Positions 25,994 through 32,000 of a stretch of 32,000 nucleotides of DNA are shown in pieces. The stretch is from positions 29,110 to 61,109 of the forward strand of contig DASXPH010000106.1 of NCBI GenBank assembly GCA_036493735.1, in the 5' to 3' direction. The notes under the pieces are model-generated. The model did no database searches. It saw only the letters and a program-made list of their open reading frames with translations, and had not been told where the DNA came from. The number at the start of each line of letters is the position of its first letter. The first letter of the stretch is position 1. The DNA is from Gemmatimonadaceae bacterium (GTDB lineage: Bacteria; Gemmatimonadota; Gemmatimonadetes; Gemmatimonadales; Gemmatimonadaceae). The position numbers and the translations under genes are program-made.

Positions 25994-26350
25994 GTGGCCG
26001 ATGACCGTACCGAGCTCCTCCAGGGCACACTGGAGATGCTCGTGCTCCGTACCCTCGCGCTGGAGCCGATGCACGGTTGGGGCATCGCCCACCGCATCAC
26101 CCACATGTCCCGCGACGCCTTTCTCGTCACCCAGGGTTCGCTCTATCCCGCCCTCGTTCGCATGAAGCGGCGAGGTTGGGTGAAGTCGAGCTGGCGCAAG
26201 ACGGAGAACAGTCGACGCGCCCGATACTACGAGCTCACCGCCGCTGGACAGCAGCAGCTCGAGGCCGAGCGCGCGGTGTGGGCGCGCGCGTCCGCCGCGG
26301 TCGAGAGCGTCCTCAGTCCACGCTGGACCATCGCGAGCCTTGCCATATGA
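25994..26350 (+). CDS. PadR-family transcriptional regulator, 'PadR-E'.
   Basis: Start moved to GTG 25994, with AAGGAG 5 nt upstream. (M)ADDRTELLQGTLEMLVLRTLALEPMHGWGIAHRI...QGSLYPALVRMKRRGWVKSSWRKTENSRRARYYELTAAGQ. ATGA overlap with the permease E start. Confidence 0.9.
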   Translation: MADDRTELLQGTLEMLVLRTLALEPMHGWGIAHRITHMSRDAFLVTQGSLYPALVRMKRRGWVKSSWRKTENSRRARYYELTAAGQQQLEAERAVWARASAAVESVLSPRWTIASLAI

Positions 26351-28992
26351 GCATTCTCTCAGATATCGCCGAGCGCGTTCGCGCCCTACTCTTCCACTCA
26401 CGCGACGAACGCGAGCTCGAGGAAGAGCTTCGTACGCACATGGCAATGGAAGCCGAGTATCTACGGCGCACGGGCGCTTCCGAGCAACACGCGCGTCGCG
26501 CGAGCGCGATCGCGCTGGGCGGCGTCGAGCGTGTCAAGGACGATGTGCGCGATGCCCGGGGCACCCGCTTCCTGCACGACGTCTGGCGCGACATCGGCTT
26601 CGCCGTACGGACGCTCGCCGCCAATCCCGGCTTCACGCTCGTGACGCTGGCGACGCTCGCCATCGGCATCGGTGGAACTACGGCAGTGTTCAGCGCCGTC
26701 GACGCCGTGCTGCTCCAACCGTTGCCGTACGCCCAGCCTGGCCAGCTCGTTCGCCTCTACCAACATCGGGACGACCAGCCTAACGACCGCAGCGTCGTGA
26801 CACCCGTGCACTTCGTCGAGATTCGCCGTCGCATGACCGCGTTCGCCGCGACCGCCGCGCTCAACCTCTACTCCGAGAGCGGCGCCGATATCGGCTCGGG
26901 CGATCAGGTGCAAAGAATCCGCACGATCGCCACGACCGTCGACTACTTCGACGTCCTCCACGTTCACCCGGAGATGGGTCGCGGGTTCACACCCGACCAG
27001 GAGATCGGCGCCGACGTCGCGGTCATCAGCCATGACCTCTGGCGCGAGCGGCTCGGCGGCGATCGCAACGCGATCGGTCGAACGCTCATGATGAACGGAC
27101 GTCCCGTCACGATCATCGGCATCATGCCTAACGGCTTCCGCGATCCGCTCGTCGGCCGCGTCGACGCGCTCGTGCCGCTCGATCTCCGCCCCGCGCTCGA
27201 TCCGAGCAACGCCGGCAACTTCTATCTCAGCGTGGTCGCGCGGCTGCGCCCCGGGACCACGATCCAGCGCGCGCAGGCGGAGCTCGATGCAGTCAATCTC
27301 GCCATCGCCGAGAAGTATGCCCAGGCGAAGCGGATGCGCGCGAGCATCTACTCGCTCAAGGAAGACATCGTCGGCCCTTCTACGCGTGCGCTGACGCTGA
27401 TGCTCGGCGCCGTGCTGCTCGTCCTCGTTCTCGTTTGCGTGAACGTCGCTAACCTGATGCTGGTGCGCGGCTCGGATCGCGCGCACGAGCTCGCGATCCG
27501 TGTCGCGTTAGGCGCCGAGCGGTGGCGATTGGTGCGTCAGATGCTCATCGAGAGCCTGACGTTGGCGATCGTCGGCGCGGTGGCGGGGCTGGTCGTGGCG
27601 CGAGTCGCGATGTCGGCGATTGTCGCGCTCGGCGCCAATACCATTCCGCGACTGACGTCCCTGACGCTGAATCCGCGACTGCTCGCGTTCTCCTTCGTCG
27701 TCGCGACGATCAGCGCTGTGGGCTTCGGGCTCGCGCCGGCGATGCGCGCCTCTCGCACCCAGCCAACCGACGCGTTGCGTGAGCAGAGCCGCGGCTCGAC
27801 GGGTGGCGCCCGGAACCTCCGGCTGCGTGAATGGCTCGTCATTTCGCAGGTCGCGCTGGCGTTCATGTTGCTCGTCGGCGCGGGGCTGTTGATCTCGAGT
27901 CTCGACCGCCTGCAGCACGTGGACCTCGGCGTGAAGACCGCGAACGTGCTGACGTTCGACCTGAACCTGCCCGACGCGCGCTACGACTCGACCGCGCGCG
28001 GTGTGACCTACGAGCGTGTCGCGCGAGCTCTCGAGGCGCTGCCCGGCGTGCGCGCGGCCGGCGGCGTGTCGAAGCTGCCGGCGACGGGACAGTTCAACAC
28101 CTGGGGCGCTCACCCGCTCAGCGGACCGCTCGCGGGCGAGCAGAACCTCTGGCCGAGCGACGAGAATCGCGTCGTCTCGGGCGACTACTTCAAGGCGGTC
28201 GGCATCCCGATCGTGCGCGGCCGCGCGTTCGACGATCGCGACGTGCCGGGTGCGCCGCCGACGATGATCATCACGCAGTCGCTCGCCGACAAGATTTTTC
28301 CCGGCGTCGATCCGATTGGACAGAGCCTAACGACTGGCGGCCGTCGTGGCACCGTCGTCGGCATCGCTGGCGAAACATCGGTCACGAATGAGGGCACCGC
28401 GGGCATGTTCGTCTATCACCCGCACCGGCAGTTCGCGGGCGATCGCAACTGGGCGCTCACGCAGGTCGTGGCGCTGAACGGGTCCTCCGGTCAGACCGGC
28501 GCGATTCAGCGGTCGGTGCGTTCCGCGATCGCGTCGATCGATCCGCTGCTGGTCATGTACAAGCCCGCGACGCTCGATGAAGCCGTCGGGCGTGGAGCCG
28601 CTCAGCGCGTGTTCACGTTGCGGATTCTCGGCGCGTTCGCGGTCGTCGCGCTGATTCTCGCCGCGCTCGGGCTCTTCGGTGTGTTGTCGTATGGCGTTCG
28701 ACTGCGCGGCCGGGAGTTCGGCATTCGCATGGCGCTCGGCGCGCAGCCGGCGGGCATTCGCGTCATGGTGCTCCGCCAGGGATTGATCGTGAGCGGCATC
28801 GGGATCGCCGTCGGCGTGGCATTCGCCGCCGGTCTCTCACGCTTCATGCGATCGATGCTGTTCGAGGTGAGCCCGCTCAACCCCATCGTGTTTGGCGGCG
28901 CGGTGGGGTTCATGATCGTCATCGCGGCGATGTCGGCCTATCTGCCGGCGCACCGCGCGACGTCAACGGATCCGCGGACTGCACTTCAGTAG
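26347..28992 (+). CDS. ADOP-type duplicated FtsX/MacB permease with N-terminal prefix domain ('permease E').
   Basis: Start moved to ATG 26347 (residue 91 of track ORF 26077..28992). MSILSDIAERVRALLFHSRDERELEEELRTHMAMEAEYLRRTGASEQHARRASAIALGGV..., then RDIGFAVRTLAANPGFTLVTLATLAIGIGGTTAVF. Two FtsX units. C-terminus REFGIRMALGAQ...YLPAHRATSTDPRTALQ. Confidence 0.92.
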   Translation: MSILSDIAERVRALLFHSRDERELEEELRTHMAMEAEYLRRTGASEQHARRASAIALGGVERVKDDVRDARGTRFLHDVWRDIGFAVRTLAANPGFTLVTLATLAIGIGGTTAVFSAVDAVLLQPLPYAQPGQLVRLYQHRDDQPNDRSVVTPVHFVEIRRRMTAFAATAALNLYSESGADIGSGDQVQRIRTIATTVDYFDVLHVHPEMGRGFTPDQEIGADVAVISHDLWRERLGGDRNAIGRTLMMNGRPVTIIGIMPNGFRDPLVGRVDALVPLDLRPALDPSNAGNFYLSVVARLRPGTTIQRAQAELDAVNLAIAEKYAQAKRMRASIYSLKEDIVGPSTRALTLMLGAVLLVLVLVCVNVANLMLVRGSDRAHELAIRVALGAERWRLVRQMLIESLTLAIVGAVAGLVVARVAMSAIVALGANTIPRLTSLTLNPRLLAFSFVVATISAVGFGLAPAMRASRTQPTDALREQSRGSTGGARNLRLREWLVISQVALAFMLLVGAGLLISSLDRLQHVDLGVKTANVLTFDLNLPDARYDSTARGVTYERVARALEALPGVRAAGGVSKLPATGQFNTWGAHPLSGPLAGEQNLWPSDENRVVSGDYFKAVGIPIVRGRAFDDRDVPGAPPTMIITQSLADKIFPGVDPIGQSLTTGGRRGTVVGIAGETSVTNEGTAGMFVYHPHRQFAGDRNWALTQVVALNGSSGQTGAIQRSVRSAIASIDPLLVMYKPATLDEAVGRGAAQRVFTLRILGAFAVVALILAALGLFGVLSYGVRLRGREFGIRMALGAQPAGIRVMVLRQGLIVSGIGIAVGVAFAAGLSRFMRSMLFEVSPLNPIVFGGAVGFMIVIAAMSAYLPAHRATSTDPRTALQ

Positions 28993-29001
28993 ACGACCAA
29001 C

Positions 29002-29123
29002 GGCGCAAAGTCCCAAACGGCGCGACGTCCCAAACGGCGCGAGGTCCCAAACGACGCGAGGTGCCGAACGGCGCGGAGTCCTAACGGCGCTCTTCGGCAT
29101 TTTCGCGCTGTTTGGGACCTCGC
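29002..29123. repeat. 17-nt tandem-unit array 5 (5-6 type-1 units followed by 1 type-2 unit).
   Basis: GGCGCAAAGTCCCAAAC (29002), GGCGCGACGTCCCAAAC (29019), GGCGCGAGGTCCCAAAC (29036), GACGCGAGGTGCCGAAC (29053), GGCGCGGAGTCCTAAC (29070), a degenerate unit, then GCTGTTTGGGACCTCGC (29107). That last unit is perfectly complementary over 16 nt to the unit at 29036. The array lies downstream of the permease E stop. Confidence 0.9.
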
Positions 29124-29245
29124 GCTTTATGGAGCTCGGCTTGCCCTGGTCTCGATGTCGAGGCAGAATCTGACGAACCAGAGGGTACGATGCACTGATC
29201 GGAGTCGATCGAGGCTTCGAGTTCCCTCACTGCCCGATATCGACA

Positions 29246-30088
29246 TTGACCGCCCAATCTCGCCTTCTCCTCGCATGCATCTCGCTCGTCGCCTGCGCGA
29301 GTGCACCGCGCGCGATCCCTTCATCCACGGCGCCCAGCGTCCCGAGCACGACGCTCCGCGTGATGACGTACAATATCCAGTCCGGTCATGGTGACATCGA
29401 TCGAACCGCGGCGACGATTCGCGCGTTCTCGCCCGATATCGTTGGCCTCGAGGAAGTGGACGTGCACTGGGCAGAGCGCAGCGGCTTCGTCGATCAGGCA
29501 AGTCGGCTCGGCCAGTCGCTGGGCATGCCCGTGCGCTTCGCGCACATCTACGCGTTTCCCGGCGCGACCGTGGATGCAGCGAATCGCGAGTTCGGTGTCG
29601 CGCTCGTGAGTCGTTATCCGATCGTGGCGTGGGAAAACGATACGCTCACGCGACTCTCCACGCAGACGGAGAATCCCGTGCCCACGCGCATGCCGGGCCT
29701 GCTCGCGGCGACGATCGACGTGCATGGTACGCGTGTCCGCGTGTTCGTGACCCACCTCGACTACCGCAAGAATCCATCGGTGCGACGAACGCAGATCGCT
29801 GAGATGCTCGCGCGCATCGGTGCGGTCGACTCCCCGACGCTACTGCTCGGCGACATGAATGCATCGCCCGATGCGGCCGAGCTCCAACCGCTCTTTGCCA
29901 GATTCCACGATAGCTGGTTGACGACAGCCGGGCCGGGGTTCACTTATCCGGCAGACACGCCCACCGAACGCATCGACTACGTTCTCCTGTCGCCTAACGG
30001 CAAGGTCGACACAGCATTCGTTCCAGTGGTTCCCGACGCTTCTGATCACCGCCCGGTTGTCGTTGATCTGTCGTTCGGCCATAACTGA
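29246..30088 (+). CDS. Endonuclease/exonuclease/phosphatase (EEP) family protein, probable lipoprotein.
   Basis: 280 aa. TTG start; there is no in-frame ATG upstream of the conserved core. LLLACISLVAC lipobox. EEP motifs VMTYNIQSG, VGLEEVD, LLLGDMNA, SDHRPVVVDL. Confidence 0.82.
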   Translation: MTAQSRLLLACISLVACASAPRAIPSSTAPSVPSTTLRVMTYNIQSGHGDIDRTAATIRAFSPDIVGLEEVDVHWAERSGFVDQASRLGQSLGMPVRFAHIYAFPGATVDAANREFGVALVSRYPIVAWENDTLTRLSTQTENPVPTRMPGLLAATIDVHGTRVRVFVTHLDYRKNPSVRRTQIAEMLARIGAVDSPTLLLGDMNASPDAAELQPLFARFHDSWLTTAGPGFTYPADTPTERIDYVLLSPNGKVDTAFVPVVPDASDHRPVVVDLSFGHN

Positions 30089-30158
30089 TCGAGCACCCAC
30101 TGAATCGCTCCCCTCACATCTCGTTCCTCCCCCTCCCCTTCCCGTGGAGAATGACGTG

Positions 30159-32000
30159 ATGATCGACACATCTCACCGACGCGCTCTGGCGGCGTTCGTC
30201 TTCGCCGTGGCACTGGGCGCGACTGCCCACGTCACAGGCGCGCAGACCGGCACCGTCACTGGGCGAGTGACCGACGCGCACACGGGTACGCCCGTGGTGA
30301 CGGCGCAGATCACCGTCGCGGGCAGCACACTTGGCACGAGCGTCGACCCGCATGGACGCTTCCGCCTGACGAGTGTCCCCGCCGGCACACACGAGATTCG
30401 CGCGCGCAGTCTCGGCTATGCACCCGGGAGCGCGAACGTTATCGTCACCGACGGCGGAACGGCCGACATTACGGTGGCCCTCGAGCCTGCCGCCACCGCG
30501 CTCGATGCCGTCGTCGTCACGGGAACGGCGGGCGACACGCGGCGCCGCGCCATCGGGAATGCCGTGTCGACGGTGGCCGTCGCCGACGTCGTTGACAAAG
30601 CCACCGTCAGCAATGTCACCGAGGTACTGCAATCGAAGGTGCCCGGTTTGACGCTCGTTCCCGGCTCGGGCTCGGCCGGCACGTCCGCGAACTATCGATT
30701 GCGTGGCGCGGGCTCCCTCTACGCCGGCAATACGCCGACGATCTACGTGGACGGCGTGCGCGTCACCACGCGCGATCAGGGTAGCTATACCGTCTTCGGC
30801 CAGACCACATCGTCGCTCGACGCGATCAATCCTAACGACATCGAGTCGATCGAAGTCATCAAGGGTCCGGCGGCGGCGACGCTCTACGGCGCCCAGGCAG
30901 CGTCAGGCGTCATTCAGATCATCACGAAGCGTGGGCTCGCCGGACAGACGCAGTGGAACGCCCGTGTCGAGACGGGCTATTCGGAGTGGCCGGCCTCGAT
31001 GCGGCCGGTGAACTACGCGGTCGCCACTGCCGCGCGTATCGCCGATACCGCGAACTACCCCGGCTTCGCCGGTCGCGCGGTGGGTGACATCATCTCACAT
31101 CGCGTGATGTCCGAGCCTAACGCGCTGCGCAACGGAGACCTGTCGAAGATGAGCCTTTCGACGAGTGGAGGCGGCGATCGCTTCACCTTCTTCGTATCGG
31201 GCGAGCAGAACAAGGAAGAAGGCGTGAACCTCAACAACTACGCCAACCTCGGCTCACTGCGCGGCAACTTCTCCTTCGTGCCGTCGAACAAGCTGAGCTT
31301 CAACACCAACATCGGGTACAGCCGCAACCATGTGAGGCTGCCGCTCAACGACAACATCGCCTTCGGACTCATCATCAGCTCCTATCTGGCGATCCCCGGA
31401 CGCAAGTATCCCTATCCGGCGGGACTCGACTACTTCACCATCCTCCCCGAAGTCGCCAACACCTACGACAACCAGACGCAATCCGATCGTTTCATTCTCG
31501 GATCGTCAGGCGACTACAGACCGTTCTCCTGGCTCACGAACAAGGTGCGCGTCGGCCTCGACATGAACATCGGACAGGCGGAGTTGTACTTCCCGCCGCA
31601 GCCGGCAGGGCTCGATCCATTCAGCGCTCGCGCGAGCTTCGACCTCGTCAACACCAAAGGATTCATCGCGCAGGGACGACCGATCAACGAGAACCTCACG
31701 CTGAACTACGACGGGACGATCACGCACGCGTTCTCGACCTTCGTCTCGAACTCCTCGCTCGGCGTGCAGTACCTCGCGGACGCATTTCACCGAACGGATG
31801 CGTTCGGCCAGGACCTCGGCTCGACGGGCGTACGATCGGTATCTTCGGCCGCCGTGACCACCGGCCGCGAGCAGGATACGACGCAGAAGTCGATCGGCTT
31901 CTACGTGCAGGAGCAGGCGGCGTGGCGCGATCGCCTCTTCGTCACCGGCGCGCTGCGCGTCGACAACAACTCCGCGTTCGGCTCCGACCTGCACCGCGTC
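30159..32000 (+). CDS. TonB-dependent outer-membrane receptor, SusC/RagA-like, with an N-terminal carboxypeptidase-regulatory-like domain. Partial; continues past the window end.
   Basis: Absent from the ORF track because it has no stop in the window. GGAGA lies 8 nt upstream of ATG 30159. MIDTSHRRALAAFVFAVALGATAHVTGAQ signal peptide. TGTVTGRVTDAHTGTPVVTAQITVAG...GRFRLTSVPAGTHEIRARSLGYA matches the CarboxypepD_reg-like domain. LDAVVVTG, then NDIESIEVIKGPAAATLYGAQAASGVIQIITKRG (plug domain). The frame stays open for all 614 codons to position 32000. Confidence 0.88.
   Translation, partial: MIDTSHRRALAAFVFAVALGATAHVTGAQTGTVTGRVTDAHTGTPVVTAQITVAGSTLGTSVDPHGRFRLTSVPAGTHEIRARSLGYAPGSANVIVTDGGTADITVALEPAATALDAVVVTGTAGDTRRRAIGNAVSTVAVADVVDKATVSNVTEVLQSKVPGLTLVPGSGSAGTSANYRLRGAGSLYAGNTPTIYVDGVRVTTRDQGSYTVFGQTTSSLDAINPNDIESIEVIKGPAAATLYGAQAASGVIQIITKRGLAGQTQWNARVETGYSEWPASMRPVNYAVATAARIADTANYPGFAGRAVGDIISHRVMSEPNALRNGDLSKMSLSTSGGGDRFTFFVSGEQNKEEGVNLNNYANLGSLRGNFSFVPSNKLSFNTNIGYSRNHVRLPLNDNIAFGLIISSYLAIPGRKYPYPAGLDYFTILPEVANTYDNQTQSDRFILGSSGDYRPFSWLTNKVRVGLDMNIGQAELYFPPQPAGLDPFSARASFDLVNTKGFIAQGRPINENLTLNYDGTITHAFSTFVSNSSLGVQYLADAFHRTDAFGQDLGSTGVRSVSSAAVTTGREQDTTQKSIGFYVQEQAAWRDRLFVTGALRVDNNSAFGSDLHRV

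Noticed and set aside
1379-31122. TTAGGC inside the abundant octamer is identical to the nematode telomere repeat unit.
   Set aside because: The copies are single, dispersed and embedded in bacterial coding sequence, and are never tandem. The resemblance is coincidental.
1-32000. Mobile element, prophage, or defence or toxin-antitoxin island explaining the accessory look of the region.
   Set aside because: I recognised no integrase, transposase, recombinase, phage structural gene, restriction-modification gene, cas gene or toxin-antitoxin signature in any frame. The paralogue expansion appears chromosomal.

Overview
High-GC bacterial chromosomal window (about two-thirds G+C by eye, not computed). 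The gene content suggests Acidobacteriota or Gemmatimonadota. Two thirds of it is a paralogous family: five complete two-gene modules, each a small PadR-family regulator translationally coupled to an 870-890 aa duplicated FtsX/MacB-type 'orphan' permease (ADOP type). I call them A-E. A sixth permease at the left edge has no PadR. No ABC ATPase gene is present anywhere in the window. Every PadR-linked permease has a 60-85 aa helical cytoplasmic N-terminal prefix; the PadR-less copy lacks it. The other genes are ordinary: an IorA/IorB-like molybdoenzyme, two histidine kinases, a degenerate receiver, a serine hydrolase, an M28 peptidase, a RibD_C/DHFR-like protein, Pth2, an EEP-family lipoprotein and a SusC-like TonB-dependent receptor running off the right edge. 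Four kinds of DNA-level structure are not explained by the genes. (1) The octamer GCCTAACG/CGTTAGGC occurs 22 times against roughly 1 expected, in several reading frames and both orientations, often forcing rare TTA/CTA codons. (2) Five intergenic arrays of a 17-nt tandem unit, about 30 units in all, all have the same internal polarity; four of them flank PadR-permease modules. (3) Two long inverted arrays of the heptamer GCGTTGA/TCAACGC. (4) Palindromic or repeated operator-like boxes lie at the PadR promoters; three promoters have two boxes exactly 32 bp apart, over the -35 element and the transcription start. I saw no rRNA, tRNA, CRISPR, transposase, integrase or phage genes. Coordinates were anchored to the supplied ORF track and checked by reading frame. 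Family assignments rest on recognised motifs, not on searches.
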